From contig CP064992.1 of assembly GCA_016699935.1 (NCBI GenBank), positions 300,001 to 332,000 on the forward strand: a stretch of DNA of 32,000 bases, in the 5' to 3' direction. The stretch's first letter is position 1; each line of letters opens with the position of its first letter. The DNA is from Candidatus Saccharimonadota bacterium. GTDB lineage: Bacteria; Patescibacteriota; Saccharimonadia; Saccharimonadales; UBA4665. The notes below the pieces were generated by a model. That model saw nothing but the letters and a program-made list of their open reading frames with translations. It made no database searches and was not told the DNA's origin. This document shows, piece by piece, positions 20,706-32,000 of this stretch. The position numbers and the translations under genes were made by a program.

Positions 20706-21403
20706 TTACAGTACTTCCTCCAGGGTGCGGCCAGCGTGGGCGACTAGTGACATGACATCGCGGTAACTTTGGCGGGTCGGGCCAAGAGTACCTATGTAGC
20801 TATGATCGCTAAAAGGGCTGCGGAACCGACTAATGATTAGACTGACATCTGCGCTACGACCAATAGGGTTTTCGGCACCAATATAGACAGTCAAGGGCTG
20901 ATTTGGGGCAGCTTCACGTAACCACGGTTCGAGGTTATCAAGTAAAGACGCTACCTGTTGTACCTGCGCTCCGCCGTGAAATTCCGGCTGCCCAAAAGGT
21001 TTGATAGACCAGAAATGTATAGCTGATTACCGATGGTAGCAAGGCCGAGATTGTGTGTCAGCTCAACGAGCGTATCAACGGCGTTACGTATAGCACGCTC
21101 TGGCAAACCACCGTCTTGCAAGCGAGCGGCGAGAGCACGCTCACCACGTCGTTCTGGTGGAGTACTTTCTGTGTTGGCAATATCATTGACATAATAGCGA
21201 TAGCCTTTGTCAGTCGGTATACGCCCGGCACTTGTATGCGGCTGACGAATGTAACCCGAAGCTTCCAGTTCGGCCATTTCAGCACGGATAGTAGCACTGG
21301 ACACACCAAAAACCTTCGCAAGCAAGCTACTTCCGACGGGTGCGGCAACTTCGGCATACTGCTCAACGATTGCGGTTAGGATTTGCTTTTGCCTAGGAGT
21401 CAT
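20706..21403 (-). CDS. hrcA: heat-inducible transcription repressor HrcA (short form); one frameshift as assembled
   Basis: N-terminal winged-helix region [72 protein letters not shown]. One extra G in a GGG run joins fragments 20951-21403 and 20706-20894. Position upstream of grpE and the CIRCE sites support the call. Confidence 0.85.
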
Positions 21404-21421
21404 GACATAAATTATACCCGA

Positions 21422-21448
21422 CTGGCACTCAAAAGTCCAGAGTGCTAG
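21422..21448. promoter_or_regulatory. CIRCE-like operator upstream of hrcA
   Basis: CTGGCACTC-N9-GAGTGCTAG, adjacent to TATAAT (21411-21416), which sits 7 nt from the hrcA ATG. Confidence 0.7.
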
Positions 21449-21537
21449 ATGATTTTTGTGGGTGTGATAGGCAATACCTCAACGCTTAATGTGACAGCCG
21501 AAGTGTTGTCAGGCTCGATATTACAATTCTTAACGCT

Positions 21538-22253
21538 CTAGTTATGGCTCTTCAAATCGTGCAGAATCCGCTCTACCCATACGCGGTAGCTTTTATCTAT
21601 CTGGCTGAATTTGTCATCGTGCTGGGCAATGCCTTCAGCGGAGTGAACGGCTTGGTCAAGATCTTCGTTCACAATAAAGTGGTAGTACGGTTTACTAAGT
21701 GCATCTTCGAGTTCTTTTATAGCACTGGCGCGTCGTACCGGCCATGCTGCTTGAAAATCTTCCTCACTGTCATAGCGATGCTTAATACGCCGCATCCATT
21801 CGTCAAAACTAGGTGGTACAACAAAAACTGCTATCACATTATCTGAGAGGGATTTGAACGTATGAACACCCTGTACATCGACATCGACAATTGGCATTTT
21901 ATTCGCCTCGGCTGCTCGCTCTATCTCACTCGCTAAAACGCCATATATACATTCATGGACCAGTGCAGCTTCTATATACTCGCCAGCCCGTAGCTTTTCA
22001 ACAGCTTGCTGAGTTGTCAGGAAATGGTAATCTATGCCATTACGTTCCATCACGCCGTTGTTGTCACGCGGCTCGCGAGTCGTGCTGGTGACAATATCGT
22101 GATACCTGCCTGTTTGTAGTAGCCCGCTAATGATAGCGTTTTTACCCGCTCCAGCAGTGCCAGCAAAAATAACGAGTTTTTGGCGTCTTAACGTATCGAC
22201 GGTTTTTGGCTGGGATGATAATTTTGTAGTAGCTGTTTTATGTCGTCTTGCAT
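21538..22253 (-). CDS. gmk: guanylate-kinase-family protein; one frameshift near the 5' end as assembled
   Basis: P-loop GTAGAGKN and TSTTREPRDNNGVMERNGIDYHF (guanylate kinase signature region). ATG at 22253 (MQDDIKQLLQNYHPSQK) joins the listed ORF if the A5 run (plus T5 at 22203-22207) gains a base. TATAAC lies 6 nt before the ATG. Confidence 0.65.
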
Positions 22254-22429
22254 GCAATAGTTATAGCAGGTACAAACGTGATTGCAAAATGCATCGACTC
22301 GTCACCAGCTCTTAGTAACACACATACGCAGCACTGGCCTTTGCCCACTTTCACATTCGTATCAGCGTTTAACCTATTGCAAACTTATTACTATTACGTC
22401 TCCGATTAAACTCCAGTGTTTTTCAAAAA

Positions 22430-22471
22430 CCATGTAAATTTTCTACGCTATAGCGTAAATAATTTACATGG
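22430..22471. promoter_or_regulatory. 42-bp near-perfect nested palindrome upstream of bcp (candidate operator)
   Basis: CCATGTAAATT-ttc-TACGCTATAGCGTA-aat-AATTTACATGG. Has 11-bp outer arms plus a perfect 14-bp inner palindrome. Ends 54 nt before the probable bcp start. Confidence 0.5.
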
Positions 22472-22524
22472 TGCATGGTGGAAAATCAATGTTCGGTGGA
22501 TCGATGTGTGGTAAGGTAAGAGGG

Positions 22525-22986
22525 ATGAAACAGGCACCGGACTTTACGCTCAAAGACCAGGACGGAAAAGACCGTTCACTCACCGATTTCCGAGATCACT
22601 GGGTGGTCCTCTACTTTTATCCCAAAGACAACACCCCTGGCTGCACCAAAGAAGCTTGCGCTTTTCGCGACGCCCGCGAGGCAATTGCCGAGTATGGCAA
22701 TGCCGTGATAATTGGTATCAGCAAGGACTCACCAGAAAGCCACCAAAAGTTCGCCAAGAAACACGGCCTAACATTTACTCTTTTGAGCGATCCTGATCAT
22801 GCTGTGGCCGCAGCATACGATTCTTGGGACCCAAAATTTTTCTTTGGCAAAACGCTACTCGGCACCAAACGAAATACGTTTCTCATCGACCCTGCTGGTA
22901 ATATCGCAAAAGAGTATCACGGCGTCGACCCAAGCATCCACGCCTCCGAAATCATCACCGACCTCCAACAACACCAAAACCACTAA
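22525..22986 (+). CDS. bcp: thiol peroxidase / peroxiredoxin Bcp
   Basis: FYPKDNTPGCTKEACAFRD active-site motif. AAGAGG RBS before the ATG at 22525 (MKQAPDFTLKDQDG). The listed ORF start at 22468 lies inside the palindrome and is unlikely to be real. Confidence 0.9.
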   Translation: MKQAPDFTLKDQDGKDRSLTDFRDHWVVLYFYPKDNTPGCTKEACAFRDAREAIAEYGNAVIIGISKDSPESHQKFAKKHGLTFTLLSDPDHAVAAAYDSWDPKFFFGKTLLGTKRNTFLIDPAGNIAKEYHGVDPSIHASEIITDLQQHQNH

Positions 22987-23021
22987 TTTCACCTGGGATT
23001 GATAATTAACAGCTTACGATT

Positions 23022-23426
23022 TTACTTCTTTTTTTCTGAACCAAAATATTTCTGCAATACCGCGTCACATTCGGAGATAATTTTCGGCAGATACGTAAGG
23101 TCCAGGTCTTCTATTTCGTATGTATGGGTTTCATATACAGGATCTGGACGCAACGCAAGCTTGCCCCTTTAGATGACCGAGTAATCGGCCTTCAGTTCGT
23201 AGTGAATAAATGGCTCAAGCGTCGAGAATACTATTTTGCCTGTATTTGTCTGATGCATGTCGCGACAATCTTGTACGAAACCTAGGATATCCACGTAGTG
23301 TAATATGGAGCCAGTTATTTCAACTGTTGCACAGGCTGTCTTGTATACGACTGTGGCGCGCAGAAAACCAGCATTATCGTCAGCTCTGCCTGAAATCATC
23401 TTGGCTGCCCGAAAATTCTTTTCCAT
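23022..23426 (-). CDS. hypothetical cytoplasmic protein interrupted by an in-frame TAA at 23169-23171
   Basis: 85-aa ORF (23169-23426) followed in the same frame by 48 more sense codons (RGKLALRPDPVYETHTYEIEDLDLTYLPKIISECDAVLQKYFGSEKKK*). An ATG directly after the lepA stop (23475) opens a third frame, so the 5' end is also uncertain. Confidence 0.4.
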
Positions 23427-23475
23427 GTACCCAAATGTGCAATTTGCCTATCGATATGTCGGGTGAACTGTTCAT

Positions 23476-25274
23476 TTAATCCCTCTTTAGCATGACGGTG
23501 AAGGCTTCGGCGGGGATGTCGACTTTGCCGAAGCGTTTCATGCGTTTTTTACCTTTAGCTTGTTTAGCGAGGACTTTCTTCTTGCGGGAAACATCGCCGC
23601 CGTATAAGCCAGTGGTGACATCTTTGCGGTAAGCGCTTAGATCCTCTCGGGCGATGAAACGACCATTTATGCCGGCCTGGATAGCGACCGGGACGTTCTG
23701 CCGCGGTATGACATCTTTGAGCTTTTCGACCGTTTCTCGGCCCAGTCGCTGTGCTTCGCTGCGGTGCACCATGACACTGAGGGCTCCAACCACTTCGCCT
23801 GCTACATAAAAATCAACCTTGACTAAGTCTTCGGCGCGGTAATCATCAAGCTCGTAGTTGAAGCTGCCGTAGCCAGATGTGACGCTTTTGAGCTGATCGT
23901 AAAAGTCTGTCAATAAATTAGCGAGAGGTGCTTGAAAGCTAACCATGGCTTGCTCGTCGATATAACTAAGATTGGTCTGTAAGCCACGTTTGCTACTGAT
24001 GAGTTGTATGACGGCACCGACATATTTTTGTGGCACCACTATCTCACCCTTAATCCACGGCTCGCGAATCTCAGCAATCTTGGTTACTTCTGGTAAGTCA
24101 GACGCTGATTTGATATCAATTTCTTCGCCGTTTATCAGGCTAACTTGATAGTCAGTACTGGGATTGGTTACGACGAGCTCAAGGTTATATTCTCTCTCAA
24201 GTCGCTCGCGGATAATATCCATATGTAGCAGCCCCAAAAAGCCAATTCTGACACCAAAACCCAAAACTGGTGAGTTTTCGGGTGCAAACTGCAAGGCCGA
24301 ATCGCTGAGCGAAAGCTTTTCGACAGCGTCTTTTAGCTCAAGATAAAACTCGTTACTTTCTGGAAAAAACCCGGCATACACGAAAGGCTGGACATTTCGA
24401 TAACCCGGCAGTGGCTGCTCGGCCGGTTGAGCGGCAGGGTAATTGTGTCACCTACCTTTGCTTCTCTAGTGCTCTTCAAATTGGTGACAATATAACCAAT
24501 TTCGCCAGTTTGTAGGGCTGTGCCCAGTGTCATATCGGGTTTTAGCGCTCCAACTTCCAGCGCAATACCAACCGCTCCCGTGGCTAGCATCTGTATTTGA
24601 GCTGATTTACCGATTTCGCCGTCAAAAACACGAACATAAAGAATTACGCCTCGATAATCATCGTAGTAACTATCGAAAATAAGCGCCCTGGTCTGCTCGC
24701 TAGATGTTTGGCCACGCCATGAACCGCCAATGTGTGGAGGAGGTATATCGGAAACAATTCTGTCTAGCACCGCCTCTACTCCCTGCCCTGTTTTGGCAGA
24801 AATATGCAGAATATCTTCCTGTTTGCAGCCCAAAAGGCTGATGATTTCTCGACTGACTTTTTCGACATCGGCAGCCGGTAGATCAATTTTGTTTAGAACC
24901 GGTATAATGTGCAGATTTGCCGCAATTGCTAAATAAACATTGGCGAGAGTTTGAGCTTGGATACCTTGGCTTGCGTCGACTACCAGTAGCGCACCCTCGC
25001 AGGCTTCGAGGCTACGTGATACTTCGTAGCTAAAGTCAACGTGCCCTGGAGTGTCAATGAGGTTAAGTTCATACCCTTTGTAATCCATCCTAACAGGCGC
25101 CAGTTTGATTGTTATACCCTTTTCTCTCTCCAAGTCCATCCTGTCGAGAATCTGCGCCTTCATGTTGCGTTTTTCGACGGTGCCAGTCAACTCGAGCAAG
25201 CGGTCAGCCAGTGTCGACTTACCGTGGTCTATATGCGCGATGATACAGAAGTTTCTTATGTGAGACTGATTCAT
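23476..25274 (-). CDS. lepA: translation elongation factor 4 (LepA); one frameshift as assembled
   Basis: [17 protein letters not shown] and NKIDLP GTPase motifs in fragment 24333-25274. The C-terminal fragment is 23476-24381. The shifted frame reads [25 protein letters not shown] across the junction. Confidence 0.95.
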
Positions 25275-25446
25275 GACTCATCCTCTATGTGCGAAGAATT
25301 CTCGGACAAATAGCCGCGTCGGCTTGACCGCGTGCCTAGAAACCTTAAAAAGGCGTCTTGAGACTGCTTCATACTGCAATAATTCGTTTACGTGATTGTT
25401 CCATACTATCCTCAGCTCGTGAAAGTATAACAGAGGTGACGAGGAT

Positions 25447-27047
25447 TTAATACTCTATTTTGACTGGTTTCATCACGAAGCGCTTGACCGATGCAAAAAA
25501 TCCCCGTGCTTCGCTCAATCCAAACAGAGCCGAGACAACGAGGTGGGTCGTTATGGTCACTCCGGCAATCGCAGCCAGTTTATACAGCAAAACGAGCCCC
25601 TTATCTGCTGTCATAAGCGGCAAGAACTGGACCGCCACAAACCCCGCAACCAAACTAAATCCCGTTACGGAAATGATGCGAAATATACCACTCCAGAATT
25701 CTCCGTCAAACAACTTCCGGTCGCGTTTGAGCATTATCGCACCAAGTACAGCTACCTCCACGGCCGCCACAATAGACTGGGCTATGGCCAAACCAACGAC
25801 TCCGTAACTAGTTGGCCGAGATAGCTCATATGCCAAAATAACATTGAGGCCGATGACGAATACGGAGACTATCAGAGGTGTTCTGGTGTCTTTCTGTGCA
25901 TAGAACCACCGGGAGATTATGGCAAAAATGGTTCGAAAGAATATAGCTACACAGAGCGCGCCAAATATTATTGCAATGTCGCCACTCGTATTCCGAGAGA
26001 AAATGAGCCGCGCTAAATAGCCTCGCCCGAAAAAGCTCACAACAACAATTGGCAGAATTATCCATATAATAAGCCGGAGGGTACGCAAAAAATCCTGCCG
26101 AAACAAATCAGGCCTTCCCTGACTGAGCCGAGCGTTCAACTTTGGGAAAACTGCAGTAGATATGGCCGTGCCAATAAGCAGGATAGGTGCAGTATGCAGA
26201 ACATACGCGGTGTTATAATCTGCCACCGCTTTGGCCCCACCAAGAGCCTGACTGGAAGCAAGATTCGTTTCAACGATACTTTGTACCTGGTCGAGCCCTT
26301 GATCAAGCGAGCGAGGCGGCAGTTGACGCAGCATAGAACGAAAATCCTGTGAACGTTTTATCCTTGGAGTCCACCGAAACCCAAGACCCGAGACACCAAT
26401 AAGAATGACCAGTAACTGAAGTACGGCGCCAATAGCCGCGCCAATTGCAAGACCGACGATACCGATAGTATCCTTGAAAAGGTACAGGCTGACGATAATA
26501 CTTACGTTGTAGAAAATTGGCGCAGTTGCGTAAAAGAAAAACCTCCCAAATACCTGTTGAGTCGATGCGATAATGCCCGAAATAGTGAACAGCATGGGAT
26601 TGAGCGCCAGTATGCGCATCATGGTTGCAACATTATGGAGCTGTTCGGGGTGTAACCGTGGGCAAGCTTTCTAGCAAGCACGTCAGCGAAAATAAACATA
26701 AAGACACCGACAATCGCTAGGAATATTCCAAGAAAATTGATTAAGCTCGTTGAAAGCTCCCAAACCCCCGACGATCACCCTTTGCTAAACGATCATTCAG
26801 GTATGGCATAACGGCAACGCCAAGCGCTCCTGCCGCAATGATGAAGAAAAAAGAAGTCGGGAAGTACGAAAGCCGTAAAATAGACACCGGCATTTTGTGG
26901 GTCAGTTTTGGCAAGATCACCAAAGTTTGCGTTGACAAGCTTAGTCCGGAAAAAACCAAGCACTTGGGCGATAAGCGCAGCTCCCATGAGGAGCATAGTG
27001 GCATTGCCGAAGCTTATTCGTTTCCATTTGTGCGTGACTATTCGCAT
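25447..27047 (-). CDS. murJ: lipid II flippase MurJ (MviN family); at least 3 frameshifts as assembled
   Basis: A 391-aa polytopic fragment (25447-26622), plus upstream hydrophobic fragments (27047 MRIVTHKWKRISFGNATMLLMGAALIAQVLGFFRTKLVNANFG..., 26741-27004) and the unlisted frame WELSTSLINFLGIFLAIVGVFMF. The breaks between 26622 and 26760 fall at GGGGG/CCCC runs. Confidence 0.75.
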
Positions 27048-27088
27048 ATCTCTATGTAGTATAGCCCGCTTATAGGCAGTAAGTCACT

Positions 27089-29640
27089 TACTTTAGATGA
27101 ACAACTTGCTCCTCAGATAGCACGCCATTATTCGTGTGGCCTGGTACTGTGGGAGGGGTAGGTGTCTTTTGCGCTTACGAACACGCTTGCGCTTTGTTTT
27201 TGCCGGCTCTTCTTCTGGCTCTCGCGGTGGAATCACCGTATTCGCGACGGTGGTAACTGTATCTTGCTTGGGAGGTTCAGGTTCTGTCCGCACCGTTTGA
27301 AGAGGTATCGTTACGACTGGCCGTGCATGAGGTACACACTTGGGAGGCTCCGTAAGCCCGTAGCGCTCTCCGATAAACCGTTCGACTGACTCCCTAGGCT
27401 GGGCATAGAGCGCGACTGTGGTCAATAATTTGCTGACTAAAATCAAACGGGAAGCCAGGCAGATTCAAGCTAATAGCCGAGAAGGCTTGAACTTTTTCTC
27501 CGCCTATTGTCATACTGACAGCAAAGTGACGGTTATGCATGTGTACCATGTCATGATCAGTAAACTTCGGTTCAAAATATTTCATCATTGTGCTAGCATC
27601 ATCCGCGCTCGTACGGAAACTGATGATTGATCCAACGTTGCCAAAAACCGCATCTCGTACTTCGGGAAGCATCTGTGCAATGTACTGGTTGGCGACTGTC
27701 AAGTTCAAGCCATATTTGCGTGCTTCACTCAGGATGGTTGCAAACGAATCAGTGGCAAAGTTCTGGAACTCATCGACATAGAGGTAGAACGGCGTACGCT
27801 GCTCGCCATGAATGTCAGCACGAGACATTGCTGCCATCTGCACTTTGGTGACAAGCAGGGCGCCAAGCAGGGCTGCGTTGTCCTCGCCGACGAGCCCGCG
27901 ACTGAGATTCACTATGAGGATTTTGCGCTCATCCATGATTTGCCGAATATTGAAGCTGCTTTTAGGCTGGCCGATGATATTCCGCACAAGCGGATTAGCC
28001 GTAAACGCACCGACTTTGTTGAGGATGGGTGCGACGGCTTCGGTCATGAATCTTTCATTCCAACTAGCAAATTCTATCGTCCAGAAATTGCGCACAACTG
28101 GGTCAGTGACGTACTGCAGTACATCAGTACGAAACTTTTTTTCGGTGAGCATGCGGGTGATATCGAGCATCGTCGCCTGCGGGTAGTCAAGCAAAGCGAG
28201 CAGACAGTAACGCAAAATATACTCGAGCCGTGGCCCCCAGCTGTATTCGAACATCCGCTTGATGACACCTATGAGTTCGGATGACGTATGCGTTTTCAGT
28301 TTGGGGTCATAGATTTCAAGCGGGTTAAAGCCCATCGGGAAATCCGTATCAGCGGGGTTGAAATATACCACATCAGCTGCTCGTTCAGATGGAATTCGCT
28401 TCAGAATATTTTGCGCATAATCGCCGTGCGGGTCAATCACGGCAAATCCGTAAGGGCTATATATGTCAGATATCGTGAGAAGCTCGAGCAGGCCAGATTT
28501 ACCCGTGCCAGTCTGGCCAATTATGTAGAGATGTCGCCCTCGGTCGGTCCGTGGCATGCCAAACATGGTATTGTGCCCGCGAAAATTTGTGGCAGCAAGG
28601 GGACTAAGTGTCTCCCCAGTAGCTGCTGATACCACCGGTAGATTGGCGGGCGGTTCTGCGGTTTGGCTGGTCGCCCACATAATATACGGCGTTTCTACAG
28701 TAGTATGTGGCAAGTGATACAGCGTCGCGACTTCTTCGATGTTGCACATAAATCCACTCTTATTGAAAGCTCGACTACGATAGTGTGCGGTAAGAAATGG
28801 GTCGTTGATAACACGCTTTGCCTCAAACCCATTCAGGTATGTGCTGTTGAACTGTTTATAGCTGGCAACAATCGACTGCATCTGAAGTTGCGCCTGCTGC
28901 TTGAGCGTATTACCACGGTAGACTATGCGAACTTGCGTTTCAAACGCGAGTTTCTGGGTTTTTTGCTCGGCCGCCCCAATTCGGGTTTGTTGGTCATCGG
29001 TCAATTTTCCGGTTTCCGCTTTTGTCTCAGGTGGCGCCCACAGCACACTAAGCAGACCTGTCGTCGTCATGCTTGACTGCCCTTTCATCTTGGCGACGTA
29101 ACGTTCACTTGCCCGATGCCAATTCTGGCTGGCTGGGCGTATGAGCAGTTGGAGCCAAGCTTCTTCGTCATCACTAAACTTTGCGAGCGTCGCCGTAATG
29201 GCTGCAAGCGGATCGACCTCAAAACTTTGGAATGTTTTTATAGGCAAAGCGTTGTTGGCTGTAAACCGTAGCTCAGTCACCAGCTGCGTTGCATACTGCT
29301 CCTCCGGATTGTGTGCCGCATAGTCTTCAACTTCAGTGATATGCACTGTCGGATACTGTGCGTAGATTTGCTCTTCAACATAACTAACCAGATATCGAGG
29401 CACCCACACATAAAACCCGATACGCTTACCACGCACCGCTATCTCAAAACTGAGCCGTTCGCGTTTGGCTGCTTTCAGGATACCTGGCGTTGGTATGGTC
29501 AGCAGCCCATGCAGGCTCGCAAACATCTGTTCGGCAGCCAGTTCCTTTTTATCGTTAGTGCGTGGCACCTGCAGGAGCAGTACCACCCCCGTATCGTCAT
29601 GCATTGGCTCTTCAGCCTTACCAAATATTTTTCCTGCCAT
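27089..29640 (-). CDS. soluble VirD4/TraD (type IV coupling protein)-like P-loop ATPase; 2 probable frameshifts in the 3' tail
   Basis: Walker A GQTGTGKSGLLELL, Walker B FYLYVDEFQNF, then NLTVANQYIAQM...VFGNVGSIISFR. An N-terminal domain of about 350 aa has no TM helix. The tail continues in other frames (ALYAQPRESVERFIGERYGL..., Pro/Lys/Arg-rich). Confidence 0.75.
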
Positions 29641-29747
29641 AGTGAGCTACGCCCGCGTAAGCGGTTTCACCCACTCATTGTCTCACTTTTCAGCGTGGAA
29701 ATACAGCTCCGCTTCATTCCGATATCGCCACGGCTACGTTTGGAAAT

Positions 29748-31616
29748 CTAGTACAGTGCAGCTGCTTTAGGGAGGTGGGAGCCTTCGAATAGTTTGGCGA
29801 CTTCTTCGGCTTCAACGGTTTCTTTTTCTAGGAGAACGTCCTTCAGCTTATTCAGCTGAGCCATATTAGCCTTAATGACCACCCGAGCGCGCTGAGCTGC
29901 CTCTGTTATGAGCGCCTCGACTTCTTCATCTATAACCTTAGCAGTTTCATCTGAGTATTCGCGCTCGTGCATAATGCGCTCCATCATGATTCCCTCTTCA
30001 GCGTGGAAAACCTGGTCACGAAGCTTGCTACCCATACCTTGCTGCGTAATCATATCGCGGGCAAGTTCTGCTGCTTTTTGCAGGTCATTCCCTGCGCCGG
30101 TCGTCACACGTTCTTTGCCGTACACAACCTCTTCGGCTATACGCCCACCAAGCATCCGTGCTAGCACATCTTTGTATTCCAATATGCTGTGGTAGCTCTT
30201 GTCTTCGGGAGGGATGAACCATGTCACGCCGCCAGTACCACCACGCGGGATAATGGTTACCTTGTGTACAACATCGCTGTCTGGCAGCACGTGACCAACT
30301 ATGGCATGTCCTGCTTCGTGGTACGCAGTTAACTCTTTTTCTTTCTCATTCATGACCTTGCTCTTGCGCTCCGGACCAATCGCTACACGCTCAAACGCTT
30401 CGGTAACATCCTCTTGGGTAATCTGACTGTGGTTATTACGTGCAGCAACTATCGCGGCTTCATTGGCAATGTTTGCAAGATCAGCACCAGAAGAACCGGC
30501 AGTTTTCGCTGACAACGCATCGAGGTCAACGTCTTTCGCGAGTGGCTTGTCTGTGAAATGTATCTGTAAGACAGCGAGACGATCAGCTCGCTCTGGCAGA
30601 CCAATTCCTACTCGACGGTCAAAGCGGCCAGGACGCAGGAGTGCGGGGTCAAGTACGTCAGCGCGGTTGGTAGCAGCAAGGACAATAACATTTTGGCCCT
30701 GCTCAAACCCATCCATCTCGACAAGAATTTGGTTTAGCGTCTGCTCGCGCTCGTCATGCCCCCCGCCCATGCCGCTGCCACGCCGGCGACCGACGGCGTC
30801 AATTTCATCGACAAATATGATGCATGGTGCATTTTTCTTAGCCTTAGCAAAAAGGTCGCGCACTCGACTCGCACCGACACCCACAAACATTTCAACAAAC
30901 TCAGAACCAGATATGCTAAAGAATGGTACGCCGGCTTCGCCAGCGACAGCACGCGCTAGCATAGTCTTGCCATTGCCGGGAGGGCCAACGAGCAATACAC
31001 CCTTCGGTATTTTGGCACCAAGAGTTGAAAACTTTTTGGGGAACTTCAGGAATTCGACGACTTCCTCGAGGTCTTGCTTGGCCTCGCCCTGCCCAGCGAT
31101 GTCTTTAAATGTAACCTTATCTTTTTCATTGCCGTAGAGTCTGGCACGAGATTTGCCAAAACTCAACGCTTGGTTGCCCTGACCTTGTGCGCTGCGCATC
31201 ATCCAAATAAGCAAAGCGCCTATGAGTAGCACCGGCACAATTGTCGTCAGCCCAAAACCGACAATGTTTGCGGTTGTCGAACTAGACGGTTTTGCCGTAA
31301 TCTTTACCTTATCGCTCTTGATGCCCACGTCAACCGTGGTGGCACCTTCTTCTAGGCGGGATTTTAGCGTTGGTTTTTCTTTGCCCTTTTCGGTAATAAC
31401 GAGCTGTGAGCCATTGGCTTCTATTTGATCGTACTTGCCGGCATTTGCGTCTTTGACGGCCTGAGTGAACGGAATTTCTTTAAGAACTGCTGGTTGGTTC
31501 ATTGCCGAAATCGCAATGAGCATAAATAGTGTAATAAGGGCTATAAAGCCTATGTTCTTCCCGGTACGCTTGCCTGCAGGCCGCTTACCGTTTGTGCGGG
31601 GTGATTTTGTCTCCAT
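29748..31616 (-). CDS. ftsH: ATP-dependent zinc metalloprotease FtsH
   Basis: Intact 622 aa. Two TM helices, Walker A GPPGNGKT, Walker [10 protein letters not shown], and zinc site HEAGHA. TATACT lies 8 nt before the ATG. Confidence 0.97.
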   Translation of the reverse strand: METKSPRTNGKRPAGKRTGKNIGFIALITLFMLIAISAMNQPAVLKEIPFTQAVKDANAGKYDQIEANGSQLVITEKGKEKPTLKSRLEEGATTVDVGIKSDKVKITAKPSSSTTANIVGFGLTTIVPVLLIGALLIWMMRSAQGQGNQALSFGKSRARLYGNEKDKVTFKDIAGQGEAKQDLEEVVEFLKFPKKFSTLGAKIPKGVLLVGPPGNGKTMLARAVAGEAGVPFFSISGSEFVEMFVGVGASRVRDLFAKAKKNAPCIIFVDEIDAVGRRRGSGMGGGHDEREQTLNQILVEMDGFEQGQNVIVLAATNRADVLDPALLRPGRFDRRVGIGLPERADRLAVLQIHFTDKPLAKDVDLDALSAKTAGSSGADLANIANEAAIVAARNNHSQITQEDVTEAFERVAIGPERKSKVMNEKEKELTAYHEAGHAIVGHVLPDSDVVHKVTIIPRGGTGGVTWFIPPEDKSYHSILEYKDVLARMLGGRIAEEVVYGKERVTTGAGNDLQKAAELARDMITQQGMGSKLRDQVFHAEEGIMMERIMHEREYSDETAKVIDEEVEALITEAAQRARVVIKANMAQLNKLKDVLLEKETVEAEEVAKLFEGSHLPKAAALY

Positions 31617-31702
31617 GTCGAAATAGTATACAACAGATACACCGCTTTTTCGACCGTTTCACCCAGGATGAGATATTTAACAGAGGTGGTCTCCACCTTG
31701 GT

Positions 31703-32000
31703 TCAGTTTTCGTCGCGCATGTCACGAATGGGGTTGCGCCGAATATTGGTCATCAGCGGTAAAACTGTGCTAAGTATGGCGGCCGCGGCAATCAAACAAA
31801 TGATTATTGCGGCGTACTGAAAATCAAAACCGTAAAAACTAAACTGTTTGTGAATGTCACTGGCGTTGTAGGCTAGAACCGCTGAAACCGATGCATCGGG
31901 TGAGAGTTTATTGCTAAACAGCAGAGCAGCAGTCGAGCCAATGATAAACGAGATTAAAACTATAAAAACACCAATAAATAAGCTGTACGTTAGGTATATT
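31703..32000 (-). CDS. FtsX/MacB-type ABC transporter permease, C-terminal part (runs off the window)
   Basis: Open frame to the window edge ending ...AAIIICLIAAAAILSTVLPLMTNIRRNPIRDMRDEN*. This is a hydrophobic helix plus the R..P...LR.E-type tail typical of FtsX-family permeases. Confidence 0.5.
   Translation of the reverse strand, partial: IYLTYSLFIGVFIVLISFIIGSTAALLFSNKLSPDASVSAVLAYNASDIHKQFSFYGFDFQYAAIIICLIAAAAILSTVLPLMTNIRRNPIRDMRDEN

Noticed and set aside
25275-25446. Short basic ORFs between murJ and lepA (MEQSRKRIIAV*, or a 33-aa ORF overlapping the lepA start)
   Set aside because: Three overlapping frames are possible, I recognise no family, and frameshift noise makes any call unreliable.
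30463-31137. 224-aa plus-strand ORF inside ftsH, and similar antisense ORFs in dnaJ (5608-6131), the VirD4-like gene (27808-29076) and murJ
   Set aside because: These are shadow ORFs opposite well-supported conserved genes. They have no start-site signals.

Overview
This 32-kb window reads like a small, reduced genome of the Patescibacteria/CPR type. I infer it is Saccharibacteria-like from gene content and protein style, but that cannot be confirmed without a database search. Almost all genes are on the minus strand.

Backbone genes, right to left: a partial FtsX-type ABC permease, ftsH, a soluble VirD4/TraD-like P-loop ATPase, murJ, lepA, a small unknown gene, bcp (plus strand), a gmk-like kinase, hrcA-grpE, dnaK, dnaJ, an ATP-grasp/S51-peptidase cluster and a DUF192 gene.

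The hrcA-grpE / dnaK / dnaJ heat-shock set is split into three units. Each unit has its own CIRCE operator(s). Two accessory insertions do the splitting:
- **17.0-20.2 kb:** two tandem beta-helix (pectate-lyase/tailspike-like) genes share an identical 68-codon 5' module. A 367-bp duplication created this and also copied the last 22 codons of grpE. A nested-palindrome, MITE-like element sits at the junction.
- **6.6-14.9 kb:** two clan GH-A-like glycosidases flank a BNR/Asp-box beta-propeller protein. All three share an N-terminal M-[SG]-I-[AS]-[AS]-R-R motif and lack signal peptides. Several small membrane or secreted proteins follow, punctuated by a recurring ~28-nt motif.

Many genes carry a -10 box only 6-9 nt upstream of the start codon, which suggests leaderless mRNAs.

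Major caveat: about 30 reading-frame breaks occur, including in dnaK, lepA, murJ, grpE and hrcA. All six I examined base-by-base sit in homopolymer runs and are repaired by adding one base. This points to assembly indel error rather than true pseudogenes.

I recognised no rRNA, tRNA, CRISPR array, integrase or transposase.
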